DNA of 32,000 nt from Candidatus Pelagibacter ubique HTCC1062 (GTDB lineage Bacteria; Pseudomonadota; Alphaproteobacteria; Pelagibacterales; Pelagibacteraceae). Numbering within the stretch: the first letter of the stretch is position 1; every line of letters starts with the position of its first letter. The position numbers were made by a program, and so were the translations under genes. The stretch is from contig NC_007205.1 of assembly GCF_000012345.1 (NCBI RefSeq), positions 720,001 through 752,000 of the forward strand, given 5' to 3'. Positions 8,960 to 17,311 of the stretch are shown here, piece by piece. Under the pieces are notes generated by a model. It saw only the letters and a list, made by a program, of their open reading frames with translations, made no database searches and was not told the origin of the DNA.

Positions 8960-10366
8960 TTAGCTGCTGTAATACATCTCAAACTCTACAGGATGAGGTG
9001 CGTGTTCAAATCTATGTATCTCTTCAAATTTTAATGCAATGTAAGCATCAATTTGATCATCAGTAAATACACCACCTTCAGTTAAAAATTCTCTATCTTT
9101 ATCTAAACTTTCCATTGCTTCTCTTAATGATCCACAAACAGTTGGAATGTTTTTAACTTCTTCGGGAGGTAATTCATAAAGATCTTTATCAAAAGATTCG
9201 CCTGGATGTATTTTATTTTTAATTCCGTCTAAACCAGCCATAAGCATAGCAGCAAAAGTTAAATATGGATTTCCTGAAGCATCAGGAAATCTTATTTCAC
9301 ATCTTGCACCATTTTTACTTAATGAAATTGGTATACGACATGAAGCAGATCTATTTCTTGCAGAGTAAGCAAGCAGAACAGGGGCTTCAAAACCTGGAAT
9401 TAATCTTTTATAACTATTTGTTGTAGCATTTGAAAAAGCATTAATTGCTTTTGCATGTTTTAAAATTCCACCAATATAGTGAAGTGCTGTTTCAGATAAC
9501 CCTGCATAAGCATCACCAGAAAAAACTGGTTTGTCGTCTTTCCAAATTGATTGATGAATGTGCATACCTGAACCGTTATCTCCTGCAATCGGCTTTGGCA
9601 TAAAAGTTGCTGTTTTTCCAAATGAATGTGTAACCATTTGAACTACATATTTATATAATTGAACATTATCAGCTTGATCAACAAGTGTTCCAAAGTACAT
9701 ACCAAGTTCATGTTGACTTGGTGCTACTTCATGGTGATGTTTTTCAACTTTAATACCTACCTCTTTTAAACTTTTTAAGTATTCACCTCTCATATCTTGT
9801 TCACTATCAACTGGAGGGACTGGAAAGTAACCACCTTTTACTGGAGGTCTATGACCCATATTTCCATTTGCATACTCTGTTCCAGAATTATAAGGACCTT
9901 CTTTACTATCTATTTTAAAACCAGTGTTGTTTGGATCATTATTAATTCTAACATCATCAAAAACAAAAAATTCAGGTTCAGGACCAAAAAAAGCTTTATC
10001 ACCAATGCCAGATTTTTTTAAATATGCTTCTGCCTTTTTAGCTGTTCCTCTTGGGTCTCTCTCATAAGGAGATCTTTTAACAGCATCTAAAATATCACAA
10101 AAAAGGATTAGAGTATTATGAGATGTAAAAGGGTCCATAATCATTCTAGAAGTATCAGGTATTAAAATCATGTCAGACTCGTTAATTGCCTTCCAACCAG
10201 CAATAGATGAACCATCAAAAAATACACCTTCATTTAACATTTCTTCATCAACGATAGTGTGATCCATTGTTAAATGTTGAAGTTTTCCTCGAGGGTCAGT
10301 AAATCTTAAATCAACAAATTCAACTTCTTTTTCCTTCATGAATTTTAGAACATTGGCAGCAGTCAT
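8960..10366 (-). CDS. glnA: Glutamine synthetase type I
   Basis: Motifs are [25 protein letters not shown], and an adenylylation-loop-like [10 protein letters not shown] place the start at the second in-frame ATG (MTAANVLKF...) because AAAGGAGAAACT precedes it and the resulting 468 aa is close to the usual GSI length. The ORF track's longer form begins 30 nt upstream. Confidence 0.95.
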   Translation of the reverse strand: MTAANVLKFMKEKEVEFVDLRFTDPRGKLQHLTMDHTIVDEEMLNEGVFFDGSSIAGWKAINESDMILIPDTSRMIMDPFTSHNTLILFCDILDAVKRSPYERDPRGTAKKAEAYLKKSGIGDKAFFGPEPEFFVFDDVRINNDPNNTGFKIDSKEGPYNSGTEYANGNMGHRPPVKGGYFPVPPVDSEQDMRGEYLKSLKEVGIKVEKHHHEVAPSQHELGMYFGTLVDQADNVQLYKYVVQMVTHSFGKTATFMPKPIAGDNGSGMHIHQSIWKDDKPVFSGDAYAGLSETALHYIGGILKHAKAINAFSNATTNSYKRLIPGFEAPVLLAYSARNRSASCRIPISLSKNGARCEIRFPDASGNPYLTFAAMLMAGLDGIKNKIHPGESFDKDLYELPPEEVKNIPTVCGSLREAMESLDKDREFLTEGGVFTDDQIDAYIALKFEEIHRFEHAPHPVEFEMYYSS

Positions 10367-10512
10367 AGTTTCTCCTTTTTTAAATTTTGTGGTCAATTAA
10401 TAACAAATGTTTCTTTAATAATATTGCTTGAATAATAAATATCACCTATGCGTTTTTTACATATGAATTACAACATTATTTGTTAAATTATCAATCAATT
10501 ATTAGTTGAAAT

Positions 10513-10992
10513 ATGAGCTTATTAGATAAAGAACCTGTTAAAAGAGCTGAAAAATTTCTTAAAAACTTTGACCAATCCTTAGAGGTAATAGTTTTAGAAA
10601 ATTCAGCAAGAACAGCACAGGATGCAGCAACAGCTTTAGCTTGTGATGTAGGTGCAATTGTCAAAAGCTTATTATTTAAAGCGGAAAATACTTTTATATT
10701 ATGCTTAGTAGCAGGCGATAAGAGGTGTTCATTAAATAAACTAAAAAAAGTTAAAGATAAAAAAGATATTTCAATGGCATCACCAGAAGAAGTTAAGACA
10801 CAAACGGGCTATACAATAGGGGGTGTCTCACCTGTTGGGCATTTAGAGAGAATTGAAATTATAATAGACAATTCTTTAGAAAGGTTTAATGAATTGTTTG
10901 CTGCAGCTGGACATCCAAACTGTGTATTTAAAACAAACTATAACGATATTCAAAAGATTACGAATGGAAAAGTTGAAGATATAATTGAATGA
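10513..10992 (+). CDS. YbaK/EbsC/ProX-type aminoacyl-tRNA deacylase domain protein
   Basis: 159 aa with KSLLFK and GYTIGGVSPVGH motifs typical of the YbaK editing domain. Confidence 0.75.
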   Translation: MSLLDKEPVKRAEKFLKNFDQSLEVIVLENSARTAQDAATALACDVGAIVKSLLFKAENTFILCLVAGDKRCSLNKLKKVKDKKDISMASPEEVKTQTGYTIGGVSPVGHLERIEIIIDNSLERFNELFAAAGHPNCVFKTNYNDIQKITNGKVEDIIE

Positions 10993-11876
10993 GACAACCT
11001 AGATTAATTGATTATACATTATTAGTAGTTTTAGCTTTAATATGGGCATCAGCTTTTTTTAATATCAAAATTGCAACAGAATCTTTTGGACCAATTACAA
11101 TTGCATTCTTGAGAGTTTTTTTTGGATCAATTCCAGTATTATTATTATGCTTTTATAAAAAAATTAAGATTGAAGCATTTTCCAAAGATTGGTATTGGTT
11201 TGCTATAATAGGATTTGTCAATTTGGTATTACCTTTTTTCTTAATAGCTTACGGTGTAAAATCTGTACAAAGTAATTTGGCAGCAATCTTAATGTCAACA
11301 ACACCCTTGAGTTCAACAATATTGGGTCACTTTTATACAAAAAATGAAAAGTTCAATTTAGTTAAAACTTTTGGAATACTAATTGGTTTTTCAGGTATTA
11401 TTTATTTGTTTTCAGATAATTTATTAATAAATGATAGTAATTTTATTTCTGCGTTATTAATATTGCTTGGGTCAACTTGTTATGTTATTGGAGGAGTTTT
11501 AACTCTTAAAATTAGTAAGAAAAAAAATGAAAATGTAACAGGCTCTATATTAATTTGGGCTATCCTAATTTTAATACCATTTGTTTATTTTATTGAAAAA
11601 CCATGGAATTCAATTCCAAGCATTGAATCTACAATATCAGTAGTTTATTTAGGAATGGTTTCAACAGGTGTTGCTTGGTTGCTAAGATTTAAAATTCTAA
11701 AAGATAATGGTCTTATATTTCAATCACAAGTCTCTTACTTAATTCCAATATTCGGTACTATATTGAGTTATATTTTTTTAAAAGAAATAATAACACCTAA
11801 AATTTTATTATCTTTATTAGCAGTTGTTGTTGGAATTTACTTTGTTAAAAAAGCAGATCAAAAAAAAACTACTTAA
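10989..11876 (+). CDS. EamA/DMT-superfamily transporter
   Basis: 295 aa, about 10 hydrophobic helices in two similar halves. Its start overlaps the previous stop (ATGA). Confidence 0.8.
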   Translation: MRQPRLIDYTLLVVLALIWASAFFNIKIATESFGPITIAFLRVFFGSIPVLLLCFYKKIKIEAFSKDWYWFAIIGFVNLVLPFFLIAYGVKSVQSNLAAILMSTTPLSSTILGHFYTKNEKFNLVKTFGILIGFSGIIYLFSDNLLINDSNFISALLILLGSTCYVIGGVLTLKISKKKNENVTGSILIWAILILIPFVYFIEKPWNSIPSIESTISVVYLGMVSTGVAWLLRFKILKDNGLIFQSQVSYLIPIFGTILSYIFLKEIITPKILLSLLAVVVGIYFVKKADQKKTT

Positions 11877-12777
11877 ACTGAACCATTTCTTTAATATGAG
11901 ATGGTCTTGTTTCGCAACATCCACCTAAAATAGTAGCACCAGCATTTTTAAATTTTTTAACAAAATTTGCCATCAATTCGGGTGTTAAATCTTTTCTTTG
12001 ACCCAAAAATTCATTTGGGTTACCAGTTTTACTGACATTATAACTATTAGTATAACCATCTTTAGGATTAGTTGTCACAAAAGCATTAAGCTTAAATCCA
12101 AACGGAACACCTAAATTTTTTACTTCTTCTAAATTTTCATAAAAGTTTTCAGGTGAAACACAGGATAAAATTAATCCTAGTAAATTATTATGTTTAATAT
12201 TGTTAATAATATCTGATATTTTTTCACCACTTGGAAGATTTATTCCTTCAGAAATGTGAGCACCTATTAAGTATGGCTTATTAAATTCTTCAATTGCTTC
12301 AATTGCTAATTTAAACTCTTTTACACTAGACAAAACATCTAAGTAAAAAAAATCAATATAAGGATCTAATAATTTTGCTTGATCATAAAAATTTTGCTTA
12401 ATTTCATCATCTGGTCTTGTATCTTCTTCGTATGTTAAATATTGAGGTGGAAGACCGCCTGCAATTAACACGTTAGGATGTTGTTCTTTAGCTTTCTGAG
12501 CTATTTCACCAGCTTTTTTGTTTAAGTATTCAAACTTATCTTCAATTTTATTATCACGTAATCTTATTCGTCTAGTAGTAAAGGTTGCTGTAACAATAAC
12601 TTCAGCACCCGCTTTAATAAAGTCTAAATGTGTGTCTAGTAAGAGTTGATGGTATTCTTCTTTTAAAACAGCATTTGCACTCCACAATGTGCCGTTTGGC
12701 TTCATACCACGAGCTAACAATTCTTGTCCCATACCACCATCTAAAATTCGTGTTGTTTTAAAAAAATTAATATCCAT
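11869..12777 (-). CDS. Homocysteine S-methyltransferase-domain protein, BHMT/MmuM-like
   Basis: 302 aa with an N-terminal LDGGMGQEL and the Zn-ligand cysteines LSCVSPE and GGCCETRPSHI typical of Pfam S-methyl_trans. Its 3' end overlaps the convergent EamA gene by 8 nt. Confidence 0.85.
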   Translation of the reverse strand: MDINFFKTTRILDGGMGQELLARGMKPNGTLWSANAVLKEEYHQLLLDTHLDFIKAGAEVIVTATFTTRRIRLRDNKIEDKFEYLNKKAGEIAQKAKEQHPNVLIAGGLPPQYLTYEEDTRPDDEIKQNFYDQAKLLDPYIDFFYLDVLSSVKEFKLAIEAIEEFNKPYLIGAHISEGINLPSGEKISDIINNIKHNNLLGLILSCVSPENFYENLEEVKNLGVPFGFKLNAFVTTNPKDGYTNSYNVSKTGNPNEFLGQRKDLTPELMANFVKKFKNAGATILGGCCETRPSHIKEMVQFK

Positions 12778-12900
12778 TTTTATTCCTTACTTTTTTAGTG
12801 CTTTAGCTCTATGCAAGGTGCACAATACAGTTCAACTACCTTTACCAATTATATAATGATTTCCTTTTTAGCAGTTAGCACCTGCAATATGGATCAAATC
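12778..12900 (-). ncRNA. Candidate SAM-II/SAM-V-type pseudoknot riboswitch leader, possibly two tandem elements
   Basis: The minus-strand leader reads ...GAUUUGAUCCAUAUUGCAGGUGCUAACUGCUAAAAAGGAAAUC-(32 nt)-UUGUGCACCUUGCAUAGAGCUAAAGCACUAAAAAAGUAAGGAAUAAAAAUG. The proximal element folds as an H-type pseudoknot. GUGC pairs with GCAC, and the loop CCUUGC pairs with GUAAGG, which covers the SD AAGGA. Both elements contain UUGCA...GCUAAA(AA)G. The context is a methionine-cycle methyltransferase. Confidence 0.5.
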
Positions 12901-12938
12901 GGTAAAATATTTATATATCTATTAGACTGATTAGTAAA

Positions 12939-13529
12939 TCACTTCTTGAATAATATTTTAGCATTAAATGAGAAGGATCTTCTCTCACCATCAACGTTAA
13001 ATGGATAAGCTGTGTGCATTAAATAATTTGGAAAAATCAATAGGTCTCCTAATTTAGGGTTTAAATTATAGATACTTTTACTTAAAAAGTTTTTTTGACC
13101 ATTAATAAAATCAATAGTTCCATTAGTTTTAATCTTTTTATTCTTAACTAATTTATTTTGATTCATATCTTTTGGGATTTTAAGATATCCAACACCTGAC
13201 AGTTGTCCTTCATGATAATGAATTGGATTATATTCATTTTTTAATTGCCTAACCACCCATAGATTTATTATCTTAATTTCTTTAATTTTTTTAACGCCTG
13301 ACTTATCAAGGTAAACTTTAATATTTTTTAGTAATTCTTTAGACAAACTCTTATTAATTAAAGTTTTGGGTATCTTAATTTCATTCCTAATTTGACTTGC
13401 AAGTTTAGAGCTATAATCATTTTTTTTAGATAATTGAGACTTATCAATGTGATTATTTAATATAGTAATAATTTTTTTGGATAACTTTGTTTTTCCTATA
13501 GTGGGTCCAAATGCTCTAAATGTTTTCAT
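12939..13529 (-). CDS. Conserved hypothetical, 2OG-Fe(II)-oxygenase-like (TIGR02466 / 2OG-FeII_Oxy_5-like)
   Basis: 196 aa. PIHYHEGQLSGVGYL and a later LIFPNYLMHTAYP suggest a His/His/His-type metal site in a cupin/DSBH fold. The family assignment is from memory. Confidence 0.55.
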   Translation of the reverse strand: MKTFRAFGPTIGKTKLSKKIITILNNHIDKSQLSKKNDYSSKLASQIRNEIKIPKTLINKSLSKELLKNIKVYLDKSGVKKIKEIKIINLWVVRQLKNEYNPIHYHEGQLSGVGYLKIPKDMNQNKLVKNKKIKTNGTIDFINGQKNFLSKSIYNLNPKLGDLLIFPNYLMHTAYPFNVDGERRSFSFNAKILFKK

Positions 13530-13558
13530 AATCTTTCTATAATAATTTAATACTTCTG

Positions 13559-14305
13559 TTATGCAAACAACTTCAGTCCCATTCGAATAGCGACAAATAT
13601 GACAAGTCCTGATGTCACTAGAGCTAATATTCTTGCAGGAAAAATTTTAAGATTTAAATAGTTTCCAAGCTGGCCGCCTATTAAAACAAAAAAAAATAAT
13701 GGCCAATAATCATAAATTCCATTTATTGTTGATGCCTTTGTAAATTGGCCAGCAAGTCCTGATAAAGAATTAATCAGTATGAATAATGATGCTGCTGTTG
13801 CAATGTTTTTTGCTTTATCTACTCTAATTAATAACAATATAGGGCTTAAGAAAATTCCACCACCAATTCCAACTACACCAGACACAAATCCAATAGATGC
13901 ACCAATTAATATTGATAATATTTTTGGTATCTTTTTATAAACTTCAATTTTTTGATCAAAAGATTGAAATTTCATGAGAAGTAGAACTCCTGCTAGTGCT
14001 AAGACTAAAAAAAGTAAAATTTCAAAAATTTCTTTATCTACTGATAAAGATCCTCCTATGAATGCAAGTGGCACAGATGATATCAAATATGGGGTAAGGA
14101 TCTTAAAATTGATATTTCCAGCTTTAATATAATTTATACAATTTCCTGATACGACAATAATATTACAAAAGAGAGCAATTACAGGAAAGATCAAGTAAGG
14201 AATATCCCAAATTAATAGAAGGGCTAGATAGGTAGAGCCACCACCAAAGCCAACACTTGAATATAAAGTTGCTGTTAGAAGAAATAAAAATGATAATATA
14301 ATCAT
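13559..14305 (-). CDS. TauE/SafE (DUF81) family anion or sulfite exporter
   Basis: 248 aa, 7-8 TM helices. Glycine-rich motifs occur in both halves (VGFGGGSTY and VVGIGGGIFLSP). Confidence 0.8.
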   Translation of the reverse strand: MIILSFLFLLTATLYSSVGFGGGSTYLALLLIWDIPYLIFPVIALFCNIIVVSGNCINYIKAGNINFKILTPYLISSVPLAFIGGSLSVDKEIFEILLFLVLALAGVLLLMKFQSFDQKIEVYKKIPKILSILIGASIGFVSGVVGIGGGIFLSPILLLIRVDKAKNIATAASLFILINSLSGLAGQFTKASTINGIYDYWPLFFFVLIGGQLGNYLNLKIFPARILALVTSGLVIFVAIRMGLKLFA

Positions 14306-14323
14306 GAAAATTATTTTAAATTT

Positions 14324-14824
14324 ATGATTGTAAATATAGCACTTTTAACTGTTACGGACACCAGAACTTTTGAGAACGATAAGTCTGGTGCGATCTTAGT
14401 AAAAAAAATAGAGGAGGCTAAACATAAATTAATAGATAGAAAAATTTGTAAAGATAACAAAGATGACATTATTAAAATCCTTAAAGATTGGATTAATCAA
14501 TCTGAAATAGATGTTGTAATTACAACAGGGGGCACTGGGCTTACAGGTCGAGATATTACACCAGAGGCAGTAAACGAGATAGCTGACAAACATATACCAG
14601 GTTTTGGAGAGGTGTTTAGAACAATAAGTTTAAAAACAGTTGGTACATCGACCATTCAATCTAGGGCTTGTGCAGTACTAGCTAATGGCAAATATGTATT
14701 TGCTTTGCCAGGTTCTTCAGGGGGAGTAACGGATGCCTGGGATGGAATTTTAAAACATCAGTTAGATATAAATCATAAACCTTGTAATTTTGTAGAACTA
14801 TTTCCAAGACTTAAGGAAAAATAA
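14324..14824 (+). CDS. moaB: Molybdenum cofactor biosynthesis protein B (MoaB/MogA family)
   Basis: 166 aa with LTVTDTR and TTGGTGLTGRDITPEA motifs of the MoCF_biosynth domain. Confidence 0.85.
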   Translation: MIVNIALLTVTDTRTFENDKSGAILVKKIEEAKHKLIDRKICKDNKDDIIKILKDWINQSEIDVVITTGGTGLTGRDITPEAVNEIADKHIPGFGEVFRTISLKTVGTSTIQSRACAVLANGKYVFALPGSSGGVTDAWDGILKHQLDINHKPCNFVELFPRLKEK

Positions 14825-15088
14825 TTATTTTTGATATTTTTCTTTCCACTCAGAATAAGGCATACCATAAACATGCTCACGTGCATCTAGGTCTGAAATT
14901 TCAATACCTTTTTTCTCTGCTTCTTCTCGATACCATTTTGATAAACAGTTTCTGCAAAAGCCAGCAAGGTTCATAATATCTATATTTTGAACATCTTTTC
15001 GTTTATCTAGATGTTTGAGCAATCTTTCAAATGTAGCAGACTGTAATTCTTGTTTTTTATCTTCTCTCATAATTAAAATATTAGACAC
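14825..15088 (-). CDS. DUF1244-family protein
   Basis: 87 aa in the ORF track, from a GTG start. NLAGFCRNCLSKWY and YGMPYSEWKEKYQ are typical of DUF1244. The start is ambiguous; the first in-frame ATG (MREDKK...) is at 15070. Confidence 0.75.
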   Translation of the reverse strand: MSNILIMREDKKQELQSATFERLLKHLDKRKDVQNIDIMNLAGFCRNCLSKWYREEAEKKGIEISDLDAREHVYGMPYSEWKEKYQK

Positions 15089-15172
15089 ATTTCAATTAAG
15101 CACAAGATGTAGGCTGCATTCAATCTTAAGTAGAAAAATTAATGTTTAAAATATAGATATTATCATCTTTTT

Positions 15173-15367
15173 TTGTTTAAATATTTTATGGCTATTAAAA
15201 AAAAGATGGCTGGTAAAAAAAAGAAAACAGCCAAAAAGTCAAAACCTAAAGTTAAAAAAAAATCTAAAATTATTAAAAAAGTTAAAAAGAGTGTGACTAA
15301 AAAGAAGTTACACAAACCAATCAAAAAAAATAAGCTTAAGAATAATAATAAAAGAGAGAGGATAAAA
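15173..15367 (+). other. A-rich, lysine-codon-rich tract, open and in frame with the downstream aldehyde dehydrogenase; coding status unresolved
   Basis: The frame would encode (M)[64 protein letters not shown] with no stop before the ALDH ATG. It has four A-runs of 8-9 nt. The complementary strand is also open (F/L-rich), so the open frame may be purely compositional. Confidence 0.3.
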
Positions 15368-16918
15368 ATGAGCACAGAAACAGTAAAAGGTGGACGATCT
15401 CCGTTACTAGATACGTCTCACTTAAATGTCAAATTTCCATTTAAAGAAAAATATGGAAATTTTATAGGAGGAAAATTCGTTGAACCAAAATCAGGTAAAT
15501 ATTTTGACAACGTAAGTCCAATCAATAATGAAGTTATATGTTCCGTTCCAAGGTCAGATGCAAAAGATGTTGAGGCTGCATTAGATGCTGCACATGCTGC
15601 TTTTCCTACTTGGGGAGTTACATCAATAACTGAAAGATCTAACATGCTACTTAAAATAGCTGATGTTATTGAAAAAAATCTAGAACTATTAGCTACTGCT
15701 GAATGTTTAGATAATGGAAAACCAATTAGAGAGTGTATGGCAGCTGACTTACCATTAGTTGTTGATCATTGGAGATATTTTGCTGGAGTAATCAGGGCAG
15801 AAGAAGGTTCGGTTTCAGAGATAAGTAATAGTGAATATTCTTATCATATACCTGAACCACTTGGTGTAGTTGGACAGATTATACCATGGAACTTTCCATT
15901 ATTAATGGCAACATGGAAACTTGCACCAGCACTTGCTGCAGGTAACTGTGTAGTTTTAAAACCAGCTGAACAAACACCAGCATCAATCTTACTATTAATG
16001 GAACTTATTGGAGACTTATTGCCTCCAGGAGTTGTTAATGTTGTAAGTGGTTTTGGTCTTGAAGCAGGTAAACCATTAGCTTCTTCTAAAAGAATTAGAA
16101 AGATTGCTTTTACAGGTGAGACTACAACTGGACGTTTGATCATGCAATATGCATCACAAAACTTAATTCCAATAACTTTAGAATTAGGTGGAAAATCTCC
16201 AAATGTTTTCTTTGAAGATGTTATGGATCAAGATGATGATTTCTTTGATAAATGTCTTGAAGGTTTTGCAATGTTTACTCTTAATCAGGGTGAAGTTTGT
16301 ACTTGTCCTAGTAGAGTGTTAATCCAAGAATCTATCTATGATAAGTTCATGGAAAGAGCAGTTGCTAGAACGAAAGCAGTCAAGCAGGACAATCCTCTAA
16401 AAATGGAAACTATGATTGGTGCTCAAGTATCATTAGAACAAATGGAAAAAATAAAATCTTACTTAGATTTAGGTAAGAAAGAAGGTGCCAAAGTTCTATG
16501 TGGTGGTGAAGTTGCTAACTTAAACAGTGGTTTGGAAAAAGGAAATTATATCCAACCTACTATTTTTGAAGGCAATAACTCTATGAGAGTTTTCCAAGAA
16601 GAAATTTTTGGACCAGTTGTATCTGTTACTAAATTTAAAGATGAAGCTCATGCATTAGAAATAGCTAATGATACTCTTTATGGTTTAGGAGCAGGTGTTT
16701 GGACTAGAAATGGGAATATTGCTTATAGAATGGGAAGAGGAATCCAGGCTGGTAGAGTTTGGACTAACTGTTACCATGCTTATCCAGCTCATGCTGCTTT
16801 TGGAGGATACAAACAATCTGGAATCGGTAGAGAAACACATAAAATGATGCTTAATCATTATAGACAGGTGAAAAACTTACACGTGTCTTACAGTGAGAAA
16901 AAATTAGGCTTCTTTTAA
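15368..16918 (+). CDS. aldB: NAD-dependent aldehyde dehydrogenase, AldB/AcoD/ExaC-like
   Basis: 516 aa counted from the ATG preceded by GAGAGAGGA. It is near-collinear with E. coli AldB as I recall it ([43 protein letters not shown], catalytic ELGGKSP and [49 protein letters not shown]). The ORF track form is 65 codons longer (see 15173-15367). Confidence 0.9.
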   Translation: MSTETVKGGRSPLLDTSHLNVKFPFKEKYGNFIGGKFVEPKSGKYFDNVSPINNEVICSVPRSDAKDVEAALDAAHAAFPTWGVTSITERSNMLLKIADVIEKNLELLATAECLDNGKPIRECMAADLPLVVDHWRYFAGVIRAEEGSVSEISNSEYSYHIPEPLGVVGQIIPWNFPLLMATWKLAPALAAGNCVVLKPAEQTPASILLLMELIGDLLPPGVVNVVSGFGLEAGKPLASSKRIRKIAFTGETTTGRLIMQYASQNLIPITLELGGKSPNVFFEDVMDQDDDFFDKCLEGFAMFTLNQGEVCTCPSRVLIQESIYDKFMERAVARTKAVKQDNPLKMETMIGAQVSLEQMEKIKSYLDLGKKEGAKVLCGGEVANLNSGLEKGNYIQPTIFEGNNSMRVFQEEIFGPVVSVTKFKDEAHALEIANDTLYGLGAGVWTRNGNIAYRMGRGIQAGRVWTNCYHAYPAHAAFGGYKQSGIGRETHKMMLNHYRQVKNLHVSYSEKKLGFF

Positions 16919-16931
16919 CAGATATATTATA

Positions 16932-16957
16932 ATGGCCTGTATTAAACTGCAGGCCAT
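16932..16957 (+). other. Intercistronic GC-rich hairpin between the aldB-like gene and the DUF779 gene
   Basis: ATGGCCTG (16932-16939) pairs with CAGGCCAT (16950-16957), a perfect 8-bp stem with a 10-nt loop. It ends 6 nt before the DUF779 ATG. No U-tract follows. Confidence 0.5.
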
Positions 16958-16963
16958 ATAACT

Positions 16964-17311
16964 ATGAAAGTTTCAGCAACCCCTTCAGCTTTAGAACTAA
17001 TTGAAGATCTAAAGAAAGATCATGGTAAAGAATTACTCTTTCATCAATCTGGTGGATGTTGTGATGGAAGTGCTCCAATGTGTTACCCTGTTAAAGAATT
17101 TTTAGTAAGTGATGACGATGTTTTAGTTGGAAAAATTGGTGGTATTCCTTTTTACATAAGTGAAACTCAACATGAAGCATGGAAAAATACAGATTTAATT
17201 ATTGATTGCATTCAAGGTATGGGTGGAATGTTTTCTTTAGACAATGGAACTGGCAGAAGATTTTTAACAAGATCTGAGATTTGCGTTCCTGAAAAAAAAT
17301 CAATTAATTAA
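16964..17311 (+). CDS. DUF779-family protein
   Basis: 115 aa with FHQSGGCCDGS and the fold-typical C-terminal part. This family commonly follows AldB-type dehydrogenase genes. Confidence 0.85.
   Translation: MKVSATPSALELIEDLKKDHGKELLFHQSGGCCDGSAPMCYPVKEFLVSDDDVLVGKIGGIPFYISETQHEAWKNTDLIIDCIQGMGGMFSLDNGTGRRFLTRSEICVPEKKSIN

Noticed and set aside
10367-10396. A 10-codon N-terminal extension of glnA ([10 protein letters not shown]) in the ORF track.
   Set aside because: It contains the GGAG Shine-Dalgarno (AAAGGAGAAACT) that serves the second ATG. Starting at 10366 gives the canonical GSI N-terminus and a near-canonical 468-aa length.
10397-10512. The glnA / ybaK divergent region. I examined it for a glutamine riboswitch, an NtcA site (GTA-N8-TAC), a sigma-54 promoter (GG-N10-GC) and palindromes.
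   Set aside because: I found no GTA-N8-TAC and no TGGCAC-N5-TTGC-like element. The only symmetry is weak and AT-rich (TTGT-N12-ACAA, AACA-N5-TGTT), at the level expected by chance in this composition. I saw no convincing stem-loops.
15107-15119. An imperfect palindrome, ATGTAGGCTGCAT, in the DUF1244 / aldB spacer.
   Set aside because: It is short and has one non-complementary arm pair (T/G), so 5 of the 6 arm pairs match. It cannot form a hairpin because there is no loop. There is not enough evidence to call an operator.
15163-15375. A 70-aa F/L-rich, membrane-peptide-like ORF on the minus strand upstream of the DUF1244 gene.
   Set aside because: It is the exact complement of the polylysine-codon A-tract, where AAA lysine codons read as TTT phenylalanine codons. 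It uses a GTG start inside the aldB start region and is open simply because the minus strand is A-poor. It is kept only as an alternative hypothesis within the finding for 15089-15367.
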